Part shown: one piece after another, positions 28,788 through 38,374 of the stretch
Layout of the letters: the number at the start of each line of letters is the position of its first letter
Numbering within the stretch: the first letter of the stretch is position 1
From: Planctomycetota bacterium
Lineage (GTDB): Bacteria > Planctomycetota > UBA1135 > UBA2386
NCBI GenBank assembly: GCA_947501605.1
Contig: CANMWZ010000028.1
Coordinates: forward strand, 1 to 53,063
DNA: 53,063 nt
Direction of reading: 5' to 3'
Program-made: the position numbers and the translations under genes
The notes under the pieces: model-generated
The model's input: the letters and a program-made list of their open reading frames with translations, nothing else
Databases searched by the model: none
What the model was told of the DNA's origin: nothing

Positions 28788-31655
28788 ATGTATTCCAACA
28801 AGGTACTAGACCACGGCACCAAGGCCCAAGAATCGGCGACCCAGGTCACACTCCAGATCGACGGCAGCAACGTCACCGTGCCTGCGGGCACGTCGTTGAT
28901 GCGCGCCGCCGTCGACAAGGGCGTGAAGATCCCCAAGCTCTGCGCCACCGACTCGCTCGACGCCTTTGGCAGCTGCCGCTTGTGCATCGTCGAGGTCGAG
29001 GGCCGCCGCGGCTTCCCGGCCTCGTGCACGACGCCGTGCGAGAATGGCATGAAGGTCAAGACGCAGAGCAAGAAGCTCGCCGAACTGCGTCGCGGCGTGA
29101 TGGAGCTCTACATCAGCGACCACCCGCTCGATTGCCTCACCTGCCCCGCCAACGGCAACTGCGAGCTGCAGGACATGGCGGGCGTCACTGGTCTGCGCGA
29201 AGTCCGCTACGGCTACGACGGCGAGAACCACTTGACGGGCGAGAAGGACACTTCGAACCCGTACTTCACCTTCGACGCCACCAAGTGCATCGTCTGCTCG
29301 CGCTGCGTGCGCGCTTGCGAGGAGATCCAGGGCACCTTTGCGCTGACCGTGCAAGGCCGCGGCTTCGACAGCAAGATCGCACCGGGCCCGACCGACTTCA
29401 TGTCGTCCGAGTGCGTTTCGTGCGGCGCCTGCGTGCAGGCCTGCCCCACGGCGACGCTGATGGAGAAGTCGATCTACGACCAGGGCCAGCCGGACCACGC
29501 CGTGGTCACGACCTGCGCCTACTGCGGCGTCGGCTGCGCCTTCCGCGCCGAGATGAAGGGCAACGAGGTCGTGCGCATGGTCCCGCACAAGGACGGCAAG
29601 GCCAACCACGGCCACAGCTGCGTGAAGGGCCGCTTCGCCTTTGGCTACGCCACCCACAAGGATCGACTCAAGACGCCGATGATCCGCCGGAAGATCACGG
29701 ACCCATGGCAAGAAGTGTCGTGGGAGGAGGCGTTTGCCTACGCGGCGAGCGAGATCCAACGCATCCAGAAGCAGTACGGCCGCACCTCGGTCGGCGGCAT
29801 CACCAGTTCGCGCTGCACCAACGAGGAGACGTTCCTCGTGCAGAAGCTCGTGCGCGCCGCGTTCGGCAACAACAACGTCGACACCTGCGCGCGCGTGTGC
29901 CACTCGCCGACGGGCTACGGGCTGAAGCAGACGCTGGGCGAGTCAGCGGGCACACAGGACTTCGACAGCGTCGACCACACCGATTGCATCATCGTCATCG
30001 GTGCCAACCCGACCGACGGGCACCCGGTGTTTGCGAGCCGCATGAAGCGACGCCTTCGCGGCCGCCCAGGGACCGAGGGCGCGGGCCTGATCGTCATCGA
30101 CCCGCGGCGCATCGATCTCGTGCGCACGCCGCACGTGGAAGCCGAGTTTCACCTGCAACTGAAGCCGGGCGCCAACGTCGCCGTGCTCAATGCTCTGGCG
30201 CACGTCATCGTGACCGAAGGGCTCGCCAAAGAGGACTACATCGCGCAGCGCTGCGACGTCGGCGAGTACGCCAAGTGGAGGACCTTCATCGCGCTGCCGA
30301 AGAACTCGCCCGAGGCACTCGAGAACGACACCGGTGTGCCGGCGGCGCAGATTCGCGGCGCGGCCCGCCTGTTCGCCAGCGCCCCCAACGGGGCAATCTA
30401 CTACGGCCTCGGCGTCACCGAGCACAGCCAGGGCAGCACGACCGTCATGGCGATCGCCAACCTGGCGATGGTCACGGGCAACATCGGCCGCACCGGCGTC
30501 GGCGTGAATCCGCTGCGCGGCCAGAACAACGTGCAGGGATCCTGCGACATGGGCTCGTTCCCGCACGAACTGCCGGGCTATCGCCACGTCAGCGACGCGA
30601 GCACGCGCGCGTTGTTTCAGGCCGCTTGGGGTCGGCCGATCGACAGCGAACCGGGCCTGCGCATTCCCAACATGTTCGACGCCGCGGTCGACGGCTCGTT
30701 CAAAGCGCTCTACGTACAAGGCGAGGATATCGCCCAGTCCGATCCGGACACGCAGCACGTGCAGAAGGCCCTCGAGGCGCTCGAGTGCCTGATCGTGCAA
30801 GACATCTTCTTGAACGAGACCGCGAAGTACGCGCACGTACTGCTGCCGGGCAGCTCCTTCTTGGAGAAGGATGGCACCTTCACCAACGCCGAGCGCCGCA
30901 TCAGCCCGGTCCGCAAGGTCATGCCCCCGCTCGCAGGCCTTGCTGACTGGGAAGTGACCGTCGCCTTCGCCGCGGCGCTCGGCTACCAGATGCCCTACTC
31001 CCACCCGAGCGAGATCATGGACGAGATCGCACGGTTGACGCCCACGTTCACGGGCGTGAGCTACGCCAAGCTCGACAAGCTCGGCAGCATCCAATGGCCG
31101 TGCAACGCTGGCGCGCCTGATGGCACACCGGTGATGCACGAGAACGAGTTCGTGCGCGGCAAAGGGCGGTTCTTCATCACCGAGTTCCTCGCGACCGAAG
31201 AGCGGACCTCGCGCAAGTTCCCACTCATCCTGACGACCGGCCGCATCCTCTCGCAATACAACGTCGGCGCTCAGACTCGCCGCACGGAGAACAAGGTCTG
31301 GCACGACCAGGACGTGCTCGAGATCCACCCGCACGACGCGGAGCTACGCGGCATCAAGCACGGCGAACTCGTCGCGCTGCACTCGCGCAAGGGCGACACT
31401 GCGCTGCGCGCCGTCGTCACCGAGCGCATGCAACCGGGTGTGGTCTACACGACCTTCCATCATCCCGAATCGGGCGTGAACGTCGTGACCACGGAGAACT
31501 CGGATTGGGCGACTAACTGCCCGGAGTACAAGGTGACCGCCGTGCAAGTCACCGCCCACGCGAAGAAGTCGGAGTGGCAGAAGGACTACGAGTCGTTTTC
31601 GTCGTCGCAAGAGGGCTTCCTCCCGGGCACCGCGACGCGCGGAGAGACCAACTGA
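28788..31655 (+). CDS. fdsA: NAD-dependent formate dehydrogenase alpha subunit (Mo-bisPGD, Cys-type)
   Basis: IPKLCATDSL.AFGSCRLC, HPLDCLTC, KCIVCSRCVRAC, CAYCGVGC, active-site DTCARVCHSP, PLRGQNNVQG, ATNCPEYKVTAV. Confidence 0.95.
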   Translation: MYSNKVLDHGTKAQESATQVTLQIDGSNVTVPAGTSLMRAAVDKGVKIPKLCATDSLDAFGSCRLCIVEVEGRRGFPASCTTPCENGMKVKTQSKKLAELRRGVMELYISDHPLDCLTCPANGNCELQDMAGVTGLREVRYGYDGENHLTGEKDTSNPYFTFDATKCIVCSRCVRACEEIQGTFALTVQGRGFDSKIAPGPTDFMSSECVSCGACVQACPTATLMEKSIYDQGQPDHAVVTTCAYCGVGCAFRAEMKGNEVVRMVPHKDGKANHGHSCVKGRFAFGYATHKDRLKTPMIRRKITDPWQEVSWEEAFAYAASEIQRIQKQYGRTSVGGITSSRCTNEETFLVQKLVRAAFGNNNVDTCARVCHSPTGYGLKQTLGESAGTQDFDSVDHTDCIIVIGANPTDGHPVFASRMKRRLRGRPGTEGAGLIVIDPRRIDLVRTPHVEAEFHLQLKPGANVAVLNALAHVIVTEGLAKEDYIAQRCDVGEYAKWRTFIALPKNSPEALENDTGVPAAQIRGAARLFASAPNGAIYYGLGVTEHSQGSTTVMAIANLAMVTGNIGRTGVGVNPLRGQNNVQGSCDMGSFPHELPGYRHVSDASTRALFQAAWGRPIDSEPGLRIPNMFDAAVDGSFKALYVQGEDIAQSDPDTQHVQKALEALECLIVQDIFLNETAKYAHVLLPGSSFLEKDGTFTNAERRISPVRKVMPPLAGLADWEVTVAFAAALGYQMPYSHPSEIMDEIARLTPTFTGVSYAKLDKLGSIQWPCNAGAPDGTPVMHENEFVRGKGRFFITEFLATEERTSRKFPLILTTGRILSQYNVGAQTRRTENKVWHDQDVLEIHPHDAELRGIKHGELVALHSRKGDTALRAVVTERMQPGVVYTTFHHPESGVNVVTTENSDWATNCPEYKVTAVQVTAHAKKSEWQKDYESFSSSQEGFLPGTATRGETN

Positions 31656-31888
31656 TGGACGGCACCAAGCTCGTCCACATGGCAAACCAGATTGCGGCGT
31701 TCTTCGCCGCCGAGCCCGATCGCAACGTCGCGATCGAAGGCGTCGCCACGCACCTGAAGAGGTTCTGGGAACCGCGCATGCGGCGCGAGATCCTGGCGAT
31801 GGTCGATAGCGGCCAGGTGAAGGGCATGCACGAGTTGGTGCTCGCAGCGCTGCAGGGGCACCGGCAGAACCTGCAGCCGGCACCCTGA
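31655..31888 (+). CDS. fdsD: NAD-dependent formate dehydrogenase delta subunit
   Basis: KLVHMANQIAAFF...GVATHLKRFWEPRMR; TGATG overlap with fdsA. Confidence 0.92.
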   Translation: MDGTKLVHMANQIAAFFAAEPDRNVAIEGVATHLKRFWEPRMRREILAMVDSGQVKGMHELVLAALQGHRQNLQPAP

Positions 31889-31895
31889 GCCTCCC

Positions 31896-33329
31896 CTACT
31901 TCTTCGTCGTCTTCGTCACCCCAACCGCGCGATCGGGCATCGCGCGCACCGGATCCACTCCCTGTTCCATCGTCACGAGCCGGAGCAGCGCCAGCGCCTC
32001 GCCCGCCGCGCCGAGCATTAGCTCGACGTTGAAGCCAGCGCTGTCCGCGGCCACCGGCCCACCCGGAACGCTCTGCCCGTTCTTCCACTTCTTGCCGTCG
32101 CCGTCGGCCACGGCCACATCGACGATGTACGAACCCGCCTTCTTGGCAAACGCTACGTGCGCCGGGTCGTGGGTCACGCGCTGCAAGTCGCAGAAGTAGT
32201 CGACCACGCCAGCGACGCCGCAGCAGAAGCTCGGCGGCACATACGGCTTCTTGCCGTCGGCGGTTTGCTTCTCGGCGTTGGCCGCGTAGTCGACGACGAA
32301 GGCGGCACCCTTGGTTGCGGCATCGAGGTACTGCGCCTCGCCAGTCACCGCGTGCAGCAACAAGAACAGCCGGCCGGTGCCCGCAGGCCCATGGCACCAA
32401 CCACCCATGTAGACCGGCGTACCACCCTCGCTCGCGGCCCACTTGAGGCTCGCACCGTCGGCCACTGCGTGCTCGAGCAACCACTCGGCACCGCCCTTGC
32501 CGGCGGCCACTAGCTTCTCATCAGAAAGCTCGGCGCCAAGGCGAACGAGCGTGTAGGCAACGCCGGCGGTCCCGTGACTGAAGTTCGGCATGTGCCGGCC
32601 CTTCGTCCCCATCTGGAACATCCAGATAGGCAGCTTGCGCGTGGCGTCCGCTTTGGATGCCACCTGGTCGGCCTCGGCCACGAGCCCCCGGCCCGCGGCG
32701 TGCGCGGCATCGAGGAAGCGTTGCTCCTTGCTGGCTTGGCCGAGTTCCAGCAAGAACAGCGCGGTGCCGGCACTGCCGAAGATGATGTCGCTCTGGTTGC
32801 CCCAAGCGAGTTCATCGCCCTCGGTCCGCGCCGACGCAATCAGCGAATCGCCGACCTCGATCGCCGCCGCGAGCGCGGCGGCGTCGCCGCGCAGCAGATG
32901 CCGCACCAAGAAGGCCTGACCGACGCCGGCATCGCCGGTGTAAAGCCCGCTCGTACCCATCGCGCCGCCGCCGCTCCAGGACACCTGGCCGCGGGCGCCG
33001 ACGTGACGCGCACTCTGCAGTCCCTTCATCGCGCGGTCGGCGAGTTCGCGCGCCACTTTGTCATCGAGCACCGCGGCGACGTTCTCGAGGAAGATCAGAA
33101 CGCCGGCCGTGCCGCCGTAGACGATCGTGGACGCTGGCGCCTTCGTGCCCTCGGAAGCAGGAAACAGCACCGCCCCCTCCACATCCGCGACAGGCACCGC
33201 TTGACGCGCGATCCAGGCGACGGCGCCGCGGATGGTGTCGCGAAGGGGATCGGTGTTGACCTGGGACTGTGCGAACAGCGTTGGCGCTGTCGCGAGCACA
33301 AGAAGGACGCAGAGAGTCGGTTGACGCAT
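31896..33329 (-). CDS. Stand-alone LanC-like (lanthionine synthetase C-like) protein with Sec signal peptide
   Basis: Repeated GxxG barrel motifs (YGGTAG, YTGDAG, IFGSAG, FSHGTAG, WCHGPAG, FCCGVAG, MLGAAG); N-terminal signal ending LFA-Q. Confidence 0.85.
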   Translation of the reverse strand: MRQPTLCVLLVLATAPTLFAQSQVNTDPLRDTIRGAVAWIARQAVPVADVEGAVLFPASEGTKAPASTIVYGGTAGVLIFLENVAAVLDDKVARELADRAMKGLQSARHVGARGQVSWSGGGAMGTSGLYTGDAGVGQAFLVRHLLRGDAAALAAAIEVGDSLIASARTEGDELAWGNQSDIIFGSAGTALFLLELGQASKEQRFLDAAHAAGRGLVAEADQVASKADATRKLPIWMFQMGTKGRHMPNFSHGTAGVAYTLVRLGAELSDEKLVAAGKGGAEWLLEHAVADGASLKWAASEGGTPVYMGGWCHGPAGTGRLFLLLHAVTGEAQYLDAATKGAAFVVDYAANAEKQTADGKKPYVPPSFCCGVAGVVDYFCDLQRVTHDPAHVAFAKKAGSYIVDVAVADGDGKKWKNGQSVPGGPVAADSAGFNVELMLGAAGEALALLRLVTMEQGVDPVRAMPDRAVGVTKTTKK

Positions 33330-33475
33330 GAGATAGATGGCGGCGCATGATACGCCGACGCGAACTGACTACGGCAGCCAAGGCGAAGGCCTGCGTGTTT
33401 CGGCAATCGTTCCAGGGCATCCTGCGATCCCGCACAGCTCGCGTTACCCTGATCAGCCCGGAGGACCAACGTCCC

Positions 33476-35299
33476 ATGCACACGCTTCCGTTCGTCGATT
33501 CGAGCTCGTTCTCCGGCTGGCTAGCTTCTGCCTTCAGCACGATGCTGGCGCTGCTGCCGGCCCTCCCCGCCCAGGACCCGGAGTCCAGCGCGCAAGGCCG
33601 CACGCACTTTCTTGGCCGCGAGGTGGCAGCAACCATGCACTTCGCCGGCGCGCCGTGGCTGCTGCGCGAGACCCGCGAAGACGAAGAGAACGGGCGGGCG
33701 CTGCATCGCTGGCTCGCCGTGACGCCCGGCCAGAGTGTCTGCGATCTTGGCTGCGGCAACGGCTACCACACGATCCCTCTCGCCCGCGCAACTGGGCCCA
33801 CCGGCACAGTCCTGGCCGTCGACCTCCAGCCAGAGATGTTGCAGCTGCTGGCGATGCGCGCCCAGAAGGACGACCTCGCCAACATCCGTCGCGTCGAATG
33901 CACGATCGACGACCCGAAGCTCGCACCGGAGTCGTGCGACCTCGTGCTGATGGTCGACGTCTACCACGAACTCAGCCACCCCGTGCGGGTGATGGACCAC
34001 GTGCGGCGTGCGCTCAAGCCCAACGGTCGCTGCGTGCTCGTCGAGTTCCGGCAGGAAGACGGCGCCGTGCCGATCAAGCCCGAGCACACGATGACCAAGG
34101 CGCAAGTGGTGCGCGAGATGGCGACGCACGGGTTCTCGCTACACAGCCAGACCGACTCGCTGCCGTGGCAGCATGCAATGGCCTTCGTCGCCGCCGCGCG
34201 CACCGGGGACCAGATCGCCGATGCGCGCCTCGAGGCCCGCGAGTTCGTGCGCGCCTTTGTCGCGGCCGCGCGCGGCGATGACGAACGGTTCGTGCTGCCG
34301 TTCTTGGCGCCGATCGTCGAAATCCAAAGCGTGCCGCGATGGCCCCACAACGTGCGCATCGAGCTCGCCGCCGGCACCCGTGGTCGAATCGTCGCGGCGC
34401 TGTCCACGCCCGCCGACACGCCGATCGGGACCGATGTCGACGAGGTCGTGGTGCGCCGCGACAGCGACGGGCGCTACCTGGTGGAGGCGGTGCAGCCGCA
34501 CACGCAGTTCGTGCGCGAGCACGGCGCGACAAGGGCCTTCGTCGCCATGCAGACTGCGACCGGTGGCGGCGACGTCGAAGCACAGGCCGCAATGGTGCGC
34601 GAACTGGGCTTCGACGGCGTGGCCTGGGACCTGAAGGACCTAGCCGCAATGCGCCGGGCGTGCGAAGTGCGCAACGGCGATCTCCTCTCCGCCAACGCCG
34701 TCGTCGACGTCGCGACTCTCGACGGCGACACCAACGCCACAGCGATCGCGCCCGTCCGCGAAGCCATGGCGGCCTTGGTCGGCGGGCCCGGTTGCCTATG
34801 GCTAACTCTGGAGCACAAAGGGCTGGCCACCGGCGACAGCAGCGGCGATGCCGCCGCCTCGCGCCTGCTCGCGATCGTGCTCGCCGAGGCCGCAGCGACC
34901 GGCGTCGAAGTGGCGATCTACCCCCACCATGGTTCGTGGCTCGCCACCCACGAGCATGCGCTCCGCCTGTGCCAGCGCGACCCGCGCCTCGGCCTATGTT
35001 TCAACCTCTGCCACTTCCTGCGGGCGACCGACGCGGTCGACCCCGCGCCCTTGCTGCGAACGCTCGCGCCGCACTTGATGGCCGTGACCGTGAACGGCTG
35101 CGATCTTCAGGGCACGGACTGGAGCACCTTGATCCGCCCGCTCGGCGACGGTGACTTCGACCTGCGCTCGCTGCTGACGACCCTCGACGCCATCGAGTTC
35201 GACGGTCCGGTCGGCCTGCAAGGCTTCGGCCTCGCCGGACCGGCGCGCGCACACTTGCAGCAGTCCATCGCGGCGTGGCGAGCTGCCAACGAACGCTGA
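33476..35299 (+). CDS. Fusion of class I SAM methyltransferase and sugar-phosphate isomerase/epimerase-like TIM barrel
   Basis: GGAGG upstream of ATG 33476; GREVAATMH..GA.WL, CDLGCGNGYHT, AVDLQPEML, MVDVYHELSHP; C-terminal VAIYPHHG, FNLCHFL, PLGDGDFD, GLQGFG. Confidence 0.8.
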   Translation: MHTLPFVDSSSFSGWLASAFSTMLALLPALPAQDPESSAQGRTHFLGREVAATMHFAGAPWLLRETREDEENGRALHRWLAVTPGQSVCDLGCGNGYHTIPLARATGPTGTVLAVDLQPEMLQLLAMRAQKDDLANIRRVECTIDDPKLAPESCDLVLMVDVYHELSHPVRVMDHVRRALKPNGRCVLVEFRQEDGAVPIKPEHTMTKAQVVREMATHGFSLHSQTDSLPWQHAMAFVAAARTGDQIADARLEAREFVRAFVAAARGDDERFVLPFLAPIVEIQSVPRWPHNVRIELAAGTRGRIVAALSTPADTPIGTDVDEVVVRRDSDGRYLVEAVQPHTQFVREHGATRAFVAMQTATGGGDVEAQAAMVRELGFDGVAWDLKDLAAMRRACEVRNGDLLSANAVVDVATLDGDTNATAIAPVREAMAALVGGPGCLWLTLEHKGLATGDSSGDAAASRLLAIVLAEAAATGVEVAIYPHHGSWLATHEHALRLCQRDPRLGLCFNLCHFLRATDAVDPAPLLRTLAPHLMAVTVNGCDLQGTDWSTLIRPLGDGDFDLRSLLTTLDAIEFDGPVGLQGFGLAGPARAHLQQSIAAWRAANER

Positions 35300-35363
35300 G
35301 TCGCCAGCGATCGGACCCAGGCTGCAGTGGACTCGGCGCGCACGATCGCATGGCATGCGCGCC

Positions 35364-35915
35364 ATGAGAACGATCGCCTTCGCAACGTCGCTCGCCCTGG
35401 CCGCCTGCGCAGCCCCTTCCAAGTCGCCCAGCCCCGCCGCTGCGGTCGCAGACGCCGACCGCGACGCGATCCTCCGCATCACCACGGATGTCTATGCCAT
35501 CGTCTCGGGAGCCAAGGGACAAGCCCGCGACTGGGACCGCCTGCGCGGCCATTTCGTCGACGGCGGACGGATGTTGGTGTCGATGCAACTGCCAACCGGC
35601 CGCTATGGCGCCAGCACCTTCTCGGTCGAGGAGTTCGTGGCCATGGGCACCGCTAACAGTGAACAGCGCGGCTTCGTCGAAGCACCGATGGTCACGCGCA
35701 TCGAGACTTTCGGCGGCGTCGGCCACGCCTTCAGCAGCTACACAGCGCGTGAAACGGCCGGAGCCGTACCGTTCGCCCGCGGCGTCAACAGCTTCCAGTT
35801 CGTCCTCACCGCCAAGGGCTGGCGCATCGCGTCGATCGCGTGGTCTGAGGAGACCAAGACACTGCCGTTGCCGCTAGACCTTGTCGCGGCGACAGAGCCC
35901 GGCAACGGGCCCTGA
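35364..35915 (+). CDS. NTF2/SnoaL-like lipoprotein
   Basis: LAAC lipobox; YAIVSG...RDWDRLR.HF, ETFGGVGHAFSSY, RGVNSFQ, GWRIASIAW. Confidence 0.75.
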   Translation: MRTIAFATSLALAACAAPSKSPSPAAAVADADRDAILRITTDVYAIVSGAKGQARDWDRLRGHFVDGGRMLVSMQLPTGRYGASTFSVEEFVAMGTANSEQRGFVEAPMVTRIETFGGVGHAFSSYTARETAGAVPFARGVNSFQFVLTAKGWRIASIAWSEETKTLPLPLDLVAATEPGNGP

Positions 35916-37948
35916 TCAGAACCGCATCGAATCGTCGTCGCTGTTGCCGACGGCCGCGAGGTCCGCCTGCCTTGCCGACATGCGGTAGTTGTTGCGCGTC
36001 TGCTTCACGCTGGTCTGGCCGACACCCAGCTGGAACTGCCCAACGAGGCCTTGGAGCGCCTGCGCCTGCGACGACAGCTCTTGCGCAGCAGCGGCGGCCT
36101 CTTCGGCGGCAGCTGCGTTCTGCTGCGTCACCTTGCTGACCTCCTCGACGCCGATGCCGATCTGCTGCGCGCCGCGCGCCTGGCCTTCGGCGGCCTGCGC
36201 GAGCTCGGTCACCACGCTGCCGACGCGCTTCACCTTGCCATCGATGTCGCTGAACGTGTGCACGACACTGCCATTCAGGGACACTCCCTCTTCAGCACTC
36301 GTGAGCGACTGCTCGATCAGCGCCGACGTCTGCTTGGCAGCGTCCGCCGAACGAATCGCCAGGTTTCGCACCTCGTCGGCGACGACCGCAAAGCCGCGGC
36401 CGGCATCCCCGGCGCGCGCAGCCTCGACGGCGGCATTGAGTGCCAGCAGGTTGGTCTGGAACGCAATCTCGTCGATCGTGCGCAGGATGCGTGCCGTCTG
36501 GTCGGTCGACGACTTGATGCGTTCCATCGCGCTCGACAGCTTGGTCATGCCATCGGTTCCGCCGCGAACGGAGCCCTGCGCGTCGCCGGCGAGGGCCGTC
36601 GCTTCGTTGGTGTTGACCGCAGAACGCTTGGCGCCAGCGACCGACTCCTGCAAGCTCGCCGAGACCTGCTCGAGAGCGCTGGCTTGCTCGCTCGCGCCAG
36701 TGGCGAGTGCTGACTCGTCTGCTGAATCTCGCTCGCAGCCGCAGCCACCTGTTCGGCCGCATTCTTGACCTCGGTCAGCGTTTCCTCGAGCGCCGCAGCG
36801 GCCGAGTTGAACGACTTCTGCATGGTCGCAAAGTCGCCGCGGTAGGCACCATTCATGCGGATGGTCAGGTCGCGGCCGGCGAGGCTGGTCAACGCGGTGT
36901 TGGCCTCCGCCATCGGAGTCGCCACGGCGTCGACGAGACCGTTGACTTCGGCGATCAGGCTGCGGAACGCGCCCGAATAGGCCTTCTCGTCGCCGCGGGC
37001 CTTGAGGTCGCCGTTCGAAGCCGACTTCACCAAGGTGGCGGTCGCCTGGATGATCGCGTTGAGCCGCTCGCGCACCTCATTGATGCTGCGGCCGACGAGG
37101 TCTTGCGGCGAGCGCTGCGTGAACGGTTGCGACAAGTCACCGGCGCCGACGAGCTGGACCGAAGCGGCGACGGCCTTGTTGTAGGCGACCATGTCGCGCG
37201 CCGCGTCCGCCAGTTGGCCGAGTTCGTCGCCCGAGTGGTGCGTGATGTCCTGGTCCACATCGCCGACCGCGATGCGGCGTGCGGCGTCGCGGACGGCATT
37301 GAGCGGCGTGACGATCAAGCGCGACAGCAAGAGGCCGAGGCTCAGGGCCGTGACCATTGCGGTCAGCGTGATGATCACCATCCAGAGGATCCGCGAACTT
37401 GCCACGGCCTTGCCCTTCTGCACCTCTTCGTCGGCGACGCGCACCTGCAGGTTGCTGAGCTCGTCGGTGAGTTCGTGGATCGGCGTCAGCACGTCCAGCA
37501 TCTTGCCGTCGACCAACTCGGTCACCTTGGCCACATCCTTGGCCGCGACCGCAGCCTCGAGTTCGGCCACAGTCTGATCCGCCACCTTGCGCGCGGCAGT
37601 TGTCTGCTCGACGAGCTTTGACTCCTCCGGCGTGAGGTAGGTGATGATGTAGGCGTTCCAGTTGGTTTCGATGAGTGCCCTGCCCGTACGGATGTGAACG
37701 AGGGCTTCCTCAGGCTGAATGCGGCCCGCGCGCAGCTCCTGGGCGGCGGCGAGAATCTCCTCGTGATAGCCATCGGCAATCTCGCGGATCTGCGCCATCG
37801 GCACGACGCGATCGTCATAGATGGTCTTCATGCCGCCACTCAGCGCATTGAACCCTGAATAGGCAAACGTGCCGACCGCTGCGCACAGCAGCGCTACGCC
37901 GACGAACGCGAAGAGCAGCTTCGCACGAATGGACCGGGAGGAGAGCAC
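35916..37948 (-). pseudogene. Methyl-accepting chemotaxis protein (4HB sensor, HAMP domains, MA domain) interrupted by a 1-nt deletion near 36710
   Basis: N-terminal frame has TM1, IYDDRVVP sensor, TM2 and HAMPs up to EIQQTSQ. A shifted frame continues [21 protein letters not shown]...[23 protein letters not shown]. Could be an assembly error. Confidence 0.85.
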
Positions 37949-38374
37949 GTGTGTTTTGGTGGTGTGATTGGGTCCGCCCCAACAACTCCAGGGGGACGAG
38001 ACAAACGGTGCATCTCGATGTCGGAGACCCGGCTCGCCCAGCTTTAGCAGCCTGAAACAGAACGGCGCCGTCGCCGAGCGCCTGGCAGCCGCGTCGTGGC
38101 CTGGGAGCTCCACCACCCGATCTTGGGATCCGACGGGCTTCGAACCACGCCGGGATCGGCCCGGGCTGCAAGTGCGCAAGCAAGCTGAGCCCTTCCACGG
38201 ACCGCGAGGCTGGATGCAGCGCGGCGCGACGGCCAGACACCGCGGCGCTCGCTCGCACCTTGGCAGGCTGCCCTCCGGTTCGGAGTGTCGTTTGACCAGC
38301 GGCAAGGCGACCGCCAACATCCGCGGCCCATGCTCCTTTGCACCACGAGGCGAAAGCCCGGCGCCGCGATCTCG

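Noticed and set aside
29880..29905. Possible selenocysteine in FdsA
   Set aside because: The active-site codon is TGC (Cys), and the frame has no internal TGA.
28196..30946. 916-aa alternative-frame ORF over fdsB/fdsA, and similar long overlapping or antisense ORFs across the window
   Set aside because: Expected by-product of strong GC3 codon bias; low-complexity Arg/Gly/Ala sequence with no motifs.
37949..38374. c-di-GMP riboswitch or sigma-28 promoter upstream of the chemoreceptor
   Set aside because: No GEMM GGCAAA/GAAA/GCAAAG architecture is visible. The TAAAG...CCGACAT pair on the minus strand is spaced about 2 nt too far apart.
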